From Lama glama (taxonomy: Eukaryota), in the NCBI GenBank assembly GCA_028534125.1, contig CM052816.1, forward strand, positions 46,502,001 to 46,566,000: a stretch of DNA of 64,000 nt, read 5' to 3'. A program made the translations under genes and the position numbers. Of this stretch, positions 40,187-52,900 are shown piece after piece. The number at the start of each line of letters is the position of its first letter. Position 1 is the stretch's first letter. Below the pieces are notes generated by a model. The model saw only the letters and a list, made by a program, of their open reading frames with translations. It searched no databases and had not been told where the DNA came from.

Positions 40187-42179
40187 TTTGATTACTATCC
40201 CCTAAATCCAAATTTGCAATGAGTTTTGAAAACTTACTAAAGATGGTTAACAACATTGTCCTCATAATGGTTAAGACTTGGTCCCCAAAGGCCATGCTGG
40301 TTCCTGAGGATTCCATTTTCTGTTTTCAGAAGATCCAGTTGTGTTTTCTAGCTCTTTGAGCAAATGGAATGGACACTCCACTTATATGTTTCTTGGATGA
40401 GTAATTCAAACTGCCTGTTTCATACTAATCTGTTACAGAATGTAATGAGCTCCCCAGATGTGAGCCATGTGAGAGTGGAGCCACATGCAAAGACCAGTAG
40501 AGAAATTATTCTCATCATGAGCCCCCAGATGAGGCCTCTAAAATTCAGAGGGCAGAGCAAAGAGCCATGAGAATCCCAGTTATGAGTGTACAGCGTCAGC
40601 TGACTGTTCTGAATCTAAAGGTTTACTCAACCTGAAAAACTGCCAGAGACACTGATTCTTAATTAACAACATGTATCTCTTGAAAACTAAATAGAAAAGA
40701 GGTTCTAATTGCACTGTCTTTAGTTTGTCACATATAAACTGTTTGGAAGCCCCAAGTTCCAAAACATTATGAAAAACAAAACCTTCCAAGGGTACATGGC
40801 AAGAGATAGAGTATAAGCAAGTTGGATTTTTTTTTAATTAGTTTTTTAAAATTTTTAGCTCTACAGGTTAGAATAAAAACACCTCTAAACAACACCCTGT
40901 GGCATGTTAACTGATTTGTACCTCATGTTTTCATGAAGTCAGCAGGAGTTTTGCTCACAGGATAACCATCAGGAAGAGGCCTTTTCTAGGACCAAAAACT
41001 GCTACTAGCTATTCTGGTTTGATGGGAAAATTAAGTTCATGTTATGTGTAATAACCATCCGTGGTCTCTATCATCATTTAGCATGCAAAAATTATTACTA
41101 AGAGTATTTTCAAATAAAAACAAATGTGACTCAACTTTTAAGTGCACATGATTATGAAACTTGGGTCTATTAGATGAGCAAGTAGAATAAAATTCCTAAC
41201 ATAAAAAATGAGGGAAATTGTGTCTGTGTTTTGCTTTACATTTCAAAAGCCAAAGAGGCAAATAAGATTATTTCTACTGAAGCATTTCCATCCACAAGGA
41301 ACCACTTCACTCACATTCTCACACACACACCCTGTAATGCACGAATGTGTGTAGCAGTATCTTCCAGGAATGCTAAACATGTGATATTCATGACAAAGTA
41401 TTGCTATACCCAGAAATATGGCTCTAACATAGTCACATGCGACTATTCAATGAGGAGAGTATTTAAGATAACCCAATTTGAGAAAGCTGTGTTACAAGAT
41501 CAGATTCTATTTTTAGGCTGGATTTTTTTAGACAGATGTTGAAAATCCATAAAGAGGATTTTAAAAGTGTTCTTACTGGTAAGTTATTGCACCTTTAATG
41601 TGGTCCATACTGTAGCAATAGAAGCTTCAGGAAAACATCTTTTCTTTCTGTCTCTTTCTCTCTTTAAACTTTATTTATAGCCTTGCAAAAGACTAGCATT
41701 CACATAACCCGCCTTTGCAGGCGTGCCAGAAGATTAATGATATCGCAGTGTTCTTGAGAACAAAAATGTGTCTACCACTGTGTTGAATAATCTCTCCTTT
41801 CACACATTAAAAGTGAGATGAGGCCTACTTTAGAAAGCAAGGACAATGTGTCACAAAGAGTTAGTTGGCTTAAAGACATACCCGTATTGCTATCCTGAAT
41901 CACAAATTGTTTTCATGCATGTTATCTTGAGAATAAGAAAGCTTTTATCACCATCACTTTTTTAATTTACATAGAGCCTCAAAATCTGACTTATTCCAGC
42001 ATTTTTTTTTTTTTACAATCTGTTGCTTGCAAGAATTGAGAATTTAGAGAAAGTTGTATACTATGACCTCTTTTATCTCTACTCTTCTTAAATTTGGCTA
42101 ACAAGACTGAAAGCTTTTTCAAGATTCAAATATTATAAATGTAGTCATTTATGTTAAAGCTACCTTTGCCTAGTTTATA

Positions 42180-42430
42180 GTAATAACACTACCTCAAATT
42201 GTACTGGAACCTTTCCTTATGCCATGCTATGCCATCTTACAAGTGTTCAACATGTATTCTCTCAATCCTCAAGACAATCCTAAGAGACAGTAACTACCCT
42301 TCAAAAGAGAGAGAATTTAATGTTTAGAGAGATATATGACTGACCCTAAGTTACCCTTCTAATAAGCATCTTAAATACAGGTTTGGGGAGACCTCAAAGT
42401 CACTCTTAACCACTATGCTATACTGCCTCA
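42180..42430 (-). mobile_element. MIR SINE
   Basis: 'tctcaatcctcaagacaatcctaagag...tgaccctaagttacc...cactcttaaccactatgctatactgcct'. Confidence 0.75.
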
Positions 42431-43399
42431 TGGGCTGCATTCATTTAATACAGACTTTTATTCAGCTAGGTAATACTTATAGATTGTTCCTAACTCCTAG
42501 GAATTTCATCACCAATATATGCCACATCCCAGGCACTCCCACTGGCTGTTGGAATTATAAAAATGAGTAAAACACAACTCTTGCTCTCAAGATGTAGTGG
42601 GGTCACAGAGCCAACTTAAGACCTTCTCAGACTCTAGTCATTCAGTTTTCTAGTTCCACCTGACATCATCATAAAACATTAAAATGCACTCATATCTCAC
42701 ATTACATATAATTCACACTACATATAAGTTGAGTCACATTTATTTGATATTATTTTTACAGGAATTTTAGTATTTATTAAATTCAATGTAGTTTTCTTCA
42801 GAACTTGCAGGCAATATATATATTTTTCAGAGTCTCAGACATTTTTGCCCAGGTTGTCTGCCTACAATGCCTGACAGTACATTGGCCCTAATGGGGAAGA
42901 TAGAAAAGCAAACTAGAAAAGTGACACAAGGTGGTAAATAAGTAACAGAAATATGTGCGAAGTACTGTGGGAGCCAAAGGTTATTCCTTCACAGAGCAAA
43001 GGAAATTTGAGGAAAATCTTGGGATATGAGCAGGATCTCACAAGGTAACAAAACCATCACTTACAAGGCTCTTGAGCTACAAAAATGTGGTATGTCCAAG
43101 AAAATGTCAAGTAATACTGTGGGACTTAACATATCTGGGCAACATGATAGATAGCGATGGAGACTTCCAATTCAATGTCTTTTCATCATACATGTTTTCC
43201 TTTATCTGAAGGAAATTTTAATATATATTATACTGTTTTTCTTTACTGTACTGAACAACTTGGTTTTCTCTAAAGCACAATTCAAATTATAATAATATTC
43301 TTTTGCAGACATTATTTTTATTGCAAATTTTCCTAAAGGAGCTAATGACACTGTTTAATTCAGAATATTAAATCAACAAGTATGTATCATTTGGGAGTA

Positions 43400-43640
43400 T
43401 AGTATATATACATACATATAAACATAAAATTTATAGTTTGTATAATACATAGTACAATATGTCATCTAATATATGTATAGTATATGTACCATAAATATAG
43501 TATAGACAAAAATAGTAAATAGAGTATATTTCTGTGTATGTTTATGTGTATACATTTTATAAATTAAATTATATACATACATATAAATATATGTATAAAT
43601 ATATAAATATACAAAACCAGTAAGTCACAGATTATATATA
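43400..43640. repeat. Degenerate (TA)n / AT-rich low-complexity tract
   Basis: 'tatatatacatacatata...tataaatatatgtataaatatataaatatac'. Confidence 0.8.
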
Positions 43641-44619
43641 TGCTTTATGTCCACAACTTTAAAAATTTCTTCTTAAACTGTGGAAAAAGTCCAGCAGAAA
43701 AGACCAAGCTCTGTATTCCCCATTAAAAAGCTAAGACAAAAAATTTACCCAAAAAAATGCTTTCAAGAATAAATAGAAAGCTTTGAATGTGAAACAAACT
43801 GTATAAGTGGTGGGAAAACATTTACCTTGTAACTGTTTAACTAGTTATCTTCAAAATATTTAACATGTTAAAAATTGTCTCCTTTAATAGTTTAACAGAG
43901 GAGGAAAATAAAACAAGTGGCTAGGTAGAAGGGTCTCTGAATTAAGCATCTTTCAAAATACTCAAGTGAAGATGCTGTTCTACACTATTGGTTAGAAATG
44001 GGGGTACTAAGAATAAAACCAACTAAAATGCGATACTGTTATTCAAATAATCATAGTATCACTAGTTCAAAGCCATGTCACCTGAGAACTCTTGCTCTAA
44101 ATGGAAATGAAAGATTATAGAATTGGGAGTTTATTATATAAATGAGTTCATCTTGTGAAACAGTAGGGAAAAAAATGATGAACAGGTATTTTAAAACACA
44201 CACTGAAAAAAAAATTAGGCCACACAATGCAAAAAATATTAATGTGAAAAAAGGCACAGAGAACTGAGAAAAAATCTCCTTTTTAAACTATAATGATGTG
44301 AAGCCTTTAGATCCATGCTTACTAAAATAAATTTGCAGAATAAAATATAACATATATGGCTGTGGCCAGACAAGCCTTGGGTTACTTCCCAATGCCTTGA
44401 TATTTATGCTGAGAATGACACCAGTATTAAACTATGTTATGGTATCATTAAATGGGACATCACCCCAAGGCCGTGTAATCCTGTGCCTTAAAATCTTACT
44501 CCTAGTGGAGTACTGTGTTTATTTGTACTGATGCTTTAATGAAATTCTGTATTTCCTTTTTTTTTAAAAAAAAAAGCAAATTATGAGCTTTGACCTATTT
44601 CTCAGTTATTCTTGCTTGA

Positions 44620-45550
44620 AAGATACAGCCTAATACATACGCACTCATATAATATACTTTTATTCTATACATTCCAAACATTAAGCTAGATGCTGAGGAT
44701 ATAACCTTGAATAATACAGACGTGAACCTTGCTCTGTTGGAATTTAAGTCTAATGAGGACAAAGAGGCAAATGGGTAACTTCAAAGCAACATAACGCACG
44801 TAATGATGGAAAATGTACGAGGTCATGAGAAATGACTTGGAGGAATCAATGCCTACGAAAGTCACCTAGAGGAAATGAAGTCTAAGCTAAGACCCAAATT
44901 ATAATTATCACCTGAGCCAGAAAAGGGTGGGGAAATCAGGAAAATGTTTTAGGCAGAGGAAACAGCATGTGCAAAATGCCACAGGCAGGGAAGCAGGGAT
45001 TCGACGCAGGTGGGGAAATTGGATAAGCAAAGGTCAGTCCATACAGGGCCTTATACACTACATCAAGAACACTAAATATTTTTAAGCTAGGGAAGACCAT
45101 AATTAGATTTGCTTTGTAGAATCATCTTTTGTTTTCTATGTAGAGAACTGAAGACAGGACTAGAAGTGGAGAGACTAACTATGAGGTGTAGTAGGTCAGG
45201 CCAAAGACAAATTAGAGTAGGGACAGTCAAGATAAAATGAGATTAAGGAAATACTTAGGATGAATACTACACAGGATTCATACTGAATATGGGCAAGTCA
45301 GGGAGAGGAGTGGAGGAAACAAATACGAACTTCAGTTTGATGAGAAACTAGGTAAATGCTGGTACCATTTAGTGGGAATGAGGGATATAGGACAGGGAAG
45401 CTGACAAGTCCAATTTGAACATGTTGAGCGTGAAGTACATCTGGGCCATCAGATAGGAAATGCCTAGCCGATTGGCAGATATAGAGGTCTGATACTCAGT
45501 AGTGAGTTCTAGGCTAGAAACAGAAATTTGGAAGTCGTCAGCTTATAGGT
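44620..45550 (-). mobile_element. L2 LINE fragment
   Basis: 'ttttaggcagaggaaacagcatgtgcaaaatgcc', 'aattagatttgctttgtagaatcatc', 'caatttgaacatgttgagcgtgaagtacatctggg' are typical reverse L2. Confidence 0.8.
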
Positions 45551-48500
45551 TTTACAATAGTAATTCAAGTCTCAAACTAAATGGGACTGGCCAAGGGGAC
45601 TCAAGATTCTGAGTGCAGATAACTCTTCCCAGCAATATCACTGTGATTTTCTCAGATAGCTTTACCTGGGAAGACTGTCTGCTTAGCTAGTAAATACTAC
45701 TCAAATTGCAAACTAACTCTCAAGGGGTAACAAATGGCTTATGGAGAAATCCTTTCAAAATTCCAGTGTATCTGAATGGAAGTGGTAACAACACAGGTTA
45801 TTTTTTCCCCAATGTACCTTCTCCTTCAATTTTGAAAACAATGCACTATTGTTGCTCTTTAAATCAAAAATTTACCTATAATCCTGCCTGGAGCTACTTC
45901 AAGAATCATTCCAAAAAATTTTCCAAAACAATCCACCAAAGTAACTATAATCTTGAACACTGCGTTCTAAATACTTAGTATGTCTTTATGAAGTACCTAT
46001 TATGTGTATGAGTTGTCTTTTCAGAACACTGTCCAGAAACATCTCTGTGAAGACAGGATATGTTAGACTGACTGGCCAATCTGCTCCACCATAAGAAACA
46101 AATTAGTGATAAATTGCTAAACAAGTTGAGCTTTTTTAGTATGGGTGAAACACCACTGATTTGTGAGAAAGAAAAAAAGAAAGTTAATAATTTTCTTTTC
46201 ATTTCCAAATATTTTGAGAATATTGTGTAACCACCACATTCATCATCTACTAGTACTTTATTATAAACCACTGTTGGATGAGAAACCATGTTAAAGTATT
46301 TGTTACTTATATGATTTACTACTCTAGTATATGTAAGTTCTGATATGAGTGAGAGCATAATTATAATTAGAAAATCTATTTTTATAACAGATTTACTCTC
46401 CAGTAAAAAAAAAAAAGTGAAAAACAATATTTAGGTAAAAATGTTGATAGATCAGATATTTTTGCAAAATTTAGAAAACCATCTATTCAATTACGATTAT
46501 AATTCCAATTTTCAATTTGGTGGTCTGCTTTCTGTCTCTTCATTTATAAAAATAAAGAAAAAAAAAGTTGCATTACCAAAAAAGAAAACCAACATTTGCA
46601 GTTGCCTCAAGATTTTGCTTTGGCCACATTGCCCATTTTCCATAACTGAATTTCCCAACGACAGTCCCATGAACTTTGTCAGGCTGACTAGCCAAAGACA
46701 CTATTCTCCTCTCCCCAGATGAAGAATTTAAGGGATGCTGAACACAACTAACATGAAATTGGGAGACAATGACTTGTTTTTAACCACAAAGGGCATAATA
46801 ATACTTAGTTGAGCCAAAATTTTGGAAGAAAATAAGTTTTTTTCCAATATTCTGAAATATTTCATTGGCCATGTCAAAATGAGGTTACCCTGTCCCTAGG
46901 ACAACCCTAATATTCCTGAGAGACACTCCCCAAACCTCACCATTCTAAACATGGTCTGTCATTCACCTCAGAGAGGTTATGGTGCCCTCCTCCGCTGACA
47001 AGAGACACATTAGGGGCTGGAGCCCTGTGCTTGGCTGCAGATCTTATTTTAGCAGTGGACACCTGATTTTCAAAGGTTACCTTTCCCAAATTAAAGGAAG
47101 GATAAGACGACAATGTGCGGGCCCCCTGTGCTGACTGCAGCTTGCTTACATAAGATCCTTTAAGTTTCTCCATAAGAAACCGTACTTCCAGGTGATAAAT
47201 GGGTCAGATTCACAAAATATTGAAAAGTGTGGGAGGGAGGTTGGGAGAGAGGGAGTCTTTCTTTCTATTTCCAGAATGTGGTATAACTGGGATATTCACA
47301 AGATTCTGGTCTAAAGAAAGAAAAAAGCCATGAAGCATTAGAAAAGTGCTAATATAACAACTGGGAAACACCTCTGTGACTTCTTTTTATTTTTCTACTA
47401 CTAAGTATTTTTTTTGTACTTTTTTCATTGCTTTAAATCACCTTCCTATTTGTCTCAACCTATCTCCTCTAAATGTAAAATACTGATAACTGCCACTGTG
47501 GTTATGAGATCCAGTGATATCTATGTTTAAATACTGATTCAGACAAGCATAATGGCCCAATGGACATCTGCCTTACATGAACACTCACTCCACGACTTAC
47601 CTAGAACACATAGAGAACCTACTTGTACTGCCCTTGCTTTATTACAAGGGGTTATTACTATGACTAGATAAAAATTACCTCCTACATCATTTTCATTCTA
47701 GAATCAGGAATTCTCACTGAACACATGTTTCCACTCTACTCCCATTCTCCTTCTCTTTTGGGTGATACAACATAGACTGAAGTTCTGGGTCTCAGGCCAA
47801 GCTACAGAGGGGTGTAAAAAAACACAGTGACTATGAGAATGAGAAAAAAGAAGGAAAAATCATGTGTAGATGTTAGTTTTTGATGACTGAGGGACTGTGA
47901 TCTAGCTTTCTTGCCTTCTAGTCTCACCTGCCTCTTCTCATGTTAGTGAAGGAGCTATCTCCTTTTTGCTTTCTCAGTGAAAACCATCAGTCTTATCCAT
48001 CAGAACCTTTCTTCAGAATCCCAAATTAGCTTCAGTTTTTGCAATAAAAGTTGGCATGGAGACTTGTTTTAACCAGAACGACATATGTAACTAGAAATCA
48101 GGTACCCTGAAGTGTACATTCTTGACTCATTAAAGACAATTAATTAATAATCCATTTTGGCTCACAGAAGCTAAATATTCCATCATCGATTTCTTCTTCC
48201 ATTTTTTTAAACAGAGACTTTTAAAGATACTTGCTAAGCACACTGATTAAGACTCCAGAGTCAGCTGACGCTGACTCTATCTTAACGGGCATTCTTTGCA
48301 GGCTCACTACCTATTTCCCCTTTTTTCCCTAGGCTGCTTTGTCAACTTATATGAAACATCTGTTTCTCAACCAATTACATTATATTGTTGACTACAGTGG
48401 CAAGATCAATGACAGAGACAGGTAGATTTTTGGTAGGTTGGCTCTGCATCCTGACAGATAATGACTTTTTTTTCCTGTTACTGTATCAGCAGCATCTTAA

Positions 48501-49279
48501 AACCTAGAAGGAATCCATAGAGGCCAACTTATCCTCTGTCCTCACACCGTTAAAGGATTAATTTTCACATTTACATTTGAGGCAGCTGAGGCTCAAAGAG
48601 ATTAAGAGACTTGCTGAATATGTTTTTGTTAATAAAAGGCAATATATAGCCCACACTGCCATGCACCCTTATGCATGGTACTATATGCTGTTCATTATGC
48701 CCAGGAAAGACAATGCAAAAAGGCCTGTCTTATACTGTCCGTAAGTTTGCAATGCTGAAAAATTCATCATCTACACATAAAACACAAAATACTATATTCC
48801 AGTGAAAAAAATTCTACCAGTTCTCTGACATGGATTAAATTGTACGTTCTTTAAACCTTAAACTCCATTTTCATAAAACGAAGAAAATAGTAACTTTTTT
48901 CACTGAGTTTCTTGAGGACAAAATAGGCATAGAGAAAGCTCCTAATTAGTGCCTAGCATATATAAACAGTGGCTATTATTACTCACCAAATCTTGGTGAT
49001 TTAGGTACTTAAATTTCTCTCACAGCTTGAAGATGTATTTAGGAAAAAAGAAGTACCAGGTAGCAAACATGAAAATATTAACCAAATAAACAGGAGACTA
49101 GGTACACAAGCAGCTTCATAAAGGTGTTAATAAAGCATTAACGATGGACTTAGACAAAAACGAAAGAAAATTGATGAGAAACTCCTGGTACTGAGATTGA
49201 CCATCAGCCATGAAAACTTCTGTCTTACTAACATCGTTAGCAGCTATTTTCAGATTTAGTAGAAGTGACTCCATTATGT

Positions 49280-49870
49280 CTCTCGCGTTAACTAGAGGCA
49301 GCCTATCCAAAATCCGTGACCTCTTTAATGAACGTGAGCTCAGAGGCCGAGTCGCATGTTACGGAGGAGAGGCAGAATATAGTTGCATTGTCCAGTTCTA
49401 TGTATTTTCCACACATGGCTCTTAGCAAAGAGACTAAGAACAACAAACTCTTCCAGCATGCGAATCATCTTCCCCACCAAAGAACCCAGAGGCGCGGGGG
49501 AGCCCTCGGCGTGGGCCTGCACTGGCCCCGGGGAGGGGCAAGGCGGGCGACGCGAAACCGCTTCTCTTACCTTCTAACGCAGTCTGGCTCGTTCTCTGCG
49601 GTGCAGGGGTAGCTTCTGGCGTTCTAGGATTCTCTCAGCGATGTTTCTTCATGGATAGTTAGCTCTTACTCTGAGGGAAAGCCGGGACGAAAGGACCTAG
49701 TCGCCATCTTAATAACCTTACTCTGGCTCAGCTGCAGGTGATGCTCTGCACGCCTTCACTTCTCTTAAATGCTGTCGTCTCTTGATGACGTCACTCTGGC
49801 TCAGCTGCACGTGGTACTCTGAGCTTCAGTTCTCTGAAACGCTGTCTTTGCTTGATGACGTCACTGGCTC
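49280..49870 (-). promoter_or_regulatory. CpG-rich promoter region of an unidentified minus-strand transcript
   Basis: The only clearly CpG/GC-enriched segment of the window; GC-box-like 'gggaggggcaaggcgggcg'; YY1 motif CGCCATCTT at 49702-49710; CRE palindromes at 49786-49793 and 49856-49863. Confidence 0.75.
49571..49720 (-). other. Putative first exon (5' UTR or lncRNA; TSS approximate)
   Basis: Minus strand reads AAGATGGCG...TTAGAAG|GTAAGA with donor GT at 49570-49569. An alternative donor CAGA|GTAAGA lies at 49669-49668. Only short ORFs (MATRSFRPGFPSE*, MKKHR*). Confidence 0.6.
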
Positions 49871-49920
49871 AGCTGCACATGATACTCTGAGCTCCTTCAT
49901 TTCTCTGAAATGCTGTCTTC
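49720..49920. repeat. Three-copy ~70-73-bp tandem repeat with CRE and E-box motifs
   Basis: Units start at 49720, 49793 and 49863 ('act(ct)ggctcagctgca...ctctg...cttca.ttctct.aaa.gctgtc...cttgatgacgtc'); TGACGTCA at both junctions, CAGCTG in each unit, CACGTG at 49808-49813. Confidence 0.92.
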
Positions 49921-52900
49921 ACAGGCATTTACGACAGCACACCACCTAATCACTTGTATTTGTAACCATTCTACCCATCCAGTTGTGACTGGCCAGTGCA
50001 TGTACAAATTTACCCACCCTCTTTCTTTTCAACCCCTAAAAAATAAGCCCCATCCAATAATGACATTTTTTAATTTTTGGTAAACTAGATGCCTTTTATT
50101 GGTGGTATTTACATAGTTACACTTTCTACTAATGCCAGGGCTGAATTATGATGACAATAATTAGCCAGAATTTACAAGACTGCTTCTTTATAAGGTGACC
50201 ATTAACATTCTACGTCAGCATTCTTTTAATAATGAAGATTCAGATCGGTTTTAACTTTGTTGGAACTCGTTTACTCCTCTGCTGATTAAGCAACCCGGAC
50301 AGAGAGTGGTGAACTGGTGAGCCTCGGAGGCACCTATTGCCACCATTCAGAGGTCTGTCAACTCCTTTTTCATATCAGCTCTTATGCATATAGAAGAACA
50401 ATTCATATTCTTGCTAAAGCTGGAAAAGTGAAGCATCCAGAGATACTGCTTTCCAATAAAGTAATAATGCTCCATTAGCTGTTTTGCTGTTACACGTTTT
50501 ACCACAGATGGCTCTTCTTTAAGTTGCCTTCCCGTTTGTGGCCCTGTGATAAATTTTATCAGTGGTCAGCGGGACAGGGTTGCAGGCTGGGCAGTAACAC
50601 AGTGGCTTTTTATCTAGCTTAGTTCTCTTTGCCATGCCCTCCACCCAAAGCGGCATTTTCTTGGTGTAATTTATGTTGTGGCATTTCTGTCGGTAGATGT
50701 GGTGTCAGCAATTTGTGTTCCTAATGGAAGTTTACATGGAAATGATATACTTAGCCACAGAATAAAATTAAAGATGGGATAAAACTAATAAAAATTTTAA
50801 GGCAAAGGTGTTTCTGCCTGCTCGTATCTTAAAAAAAAAAATTAAAGGAAGATTGTCTTTTGCTAGGAAAGCTTGTTTGCTAAAATACTGGTATAAGTAA
50901 TATGTATAGAGTGAACCCATTCACAGTTAAAGATAAAATTGTGTCAGCAATTTTATTATAAGCTTCTACACTCCAGAGGCCTTATAGCACTAGAATAATA
51001 TTTTAAATTAAGGTGATATTTAAAGTTTTAGAACACAGAATGTTTAATCAAAATTTGTGGCATTTGTACTTTGGGAAAAAATATTTACATGTGATGTATA
51101 TTTCTGTAATGTTAAAAAAAAACCTCATTTCAGTGCAAATTTTATTGGAGAAATTATTTCCCTGAATAGTCTGAATGGTTTTTGTCCCTCGTATAGCTTA
51201 CCATTATAAGATTTTCAATAATCCCATTGCAAGATATTGAGAGTATTTAAAAATAGCTGTATATTGCATTAGAAATGAAACAGAAGCATTGTTTAGACTT
51301 CTTAGCAAAAGATACGAGATAGCCAAGCTCTCAACTTCTCCATCTTTAAAAGGGCTTTTACGCAAATGGGATCCTTATTCATTCTGAGGGACAGCAGACA
51401 GCGGAGGCACAGTTAGTGTTCTTTCATGCACCTACAACCTCTCTGTTCCTATCTCATTCTCTTCCTCATAGAGAACACATTCCCAAGAAGCCAGCAGCAC
51501 AAAGACACTGTGAATCCTGTAGACGGAGTTTCGCTGCATTATCATAGGAAGCTTCCTGCCATTGAATTAACAACAGGCAGATTTTATCACCTACATTTCC
51601 GTGTGTTTCAGAAGTATTTTTAAAAACATCTTAATGGCATTTTCCGCCTTAACTAAAACTTCCTAGTTGATTCATTCATCATGGACTGTATCTTTGAGTA
51701 TGTGCTAATATTCTGAGCTGAATGTAAAATGATGGTTATGTTATGCACAAAGATGTTCAGAAAGGAGATTTATTTCTGTGAACGATGCCTGCATTTCTGA
51801 AACAATTTTCCTCAAGTCAAACTGACAAGAAACTCCATTAGTTGAAAATTTTCACCCTTTTGAAATGATTTAAGGACCTGTCTTTAGTAATTTTGATTAA
51901 AGATGAATGTTTTGAAACTTGGTCCCTATATCCAAGGTGTACCTACCCGCGCCCTGCTAGGATTCTGAATAGACAGCAGAGCAGCATACACAGCTCACAC
52001 ATACCAAATTGCCAGTATATGTATTCAGCTTTGTAAATATGCCTTTAAAAATACCTCACCATATTTAGCCACTCCTAAATATGTATTTACACAAGTCTAC
52101 ACACTGTAAGTGTTTACCTGGGAGACAGGAAAGGTCTCTCCAGTAAATAATACGGGTTTTATAGCCTTTCATGAAGGAATTTTTTGTTTGCTATGTAAAA
52201 TAAAATCAGCTTCTCTCAGTTATAATTTAATAGAAATTTTCTTTCCCTGTAAATTTACTGCATAGCACTTGAGGTAAAGCCCTGCAATGTTTAAAAAAAA
52301 AAAAAAGATAACACTGGTGTTAGCTTTGGGTACAGAGTGGCTTTGATTCATTTTGCTAAAGACTACAGAGTAGAAAATATGGATATGATTTCTGAAAACC
52401 AAACAAATAAAAATAACGTGTCAGATATATTTCAGATCTAAAGCTATCACATAATTAACTATTTTTTTAGGTTAAGAAAAAAATCAGAACCTCTAGGAAG
52501 AGCCAAATGATTTAAACTACTTTGCCCTGAACTTTCTAGATCACTGCTCAAATTTACACTTTACATTACATAAGTGGATGTAAGTTGAACATTTTCAACT
52601 GATAAGCAAAATTGAGTTAAATCTAAGATATGAACAAATTCTTACAGAAAACCAGCATTGCCTAGTACACCAGTCCAAGGACAGGAAATTTTCAGTGCAT
52701 ATTCTATCTTGCAAATATATGGCCTTGAGCAGTTGATCTGACTTACGCTTTTGAATTTGTAAATTAGGTTGTGATCTACCCTAGACGTAATGAATGATGG
52801 ATCAGTACTCAGATATGAAGTACTGAATATTAATAGCAAAAAATACCTTTTTTAAAAAAGACACATTTTTCTCTCCTTTTTCTTAAATCATAATACAAAG

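Noticed and set aside
45975..46427. 150-aa minus-strand ORF
   Set aside because: Low-complexity F/L/I-rich translation of AT-rich DNA with a non-ATG start
47601..47801. Candidate 201-nt minus-strand exon (acceptor cccctctgtag|, donor TAG|GTAAGT)
   Set aside because: No long open frame or other support; such splice-site pairs are common in long introns
49783..49910. C/D-box snoRNA reading of the tandem repeat (TGATGA...CTGA)
   Set aside because: C-to-D spacing is only ~55 nt, there is no terminal stem, and it lies outside and antisense to the inferred intron; TGATGA is explained as part of TGATGACGTCA
49720..49920. CRISPR-like array
   Set aside because: Whole units are homologous with no unique spacers; eukaryotic context; no cas genes
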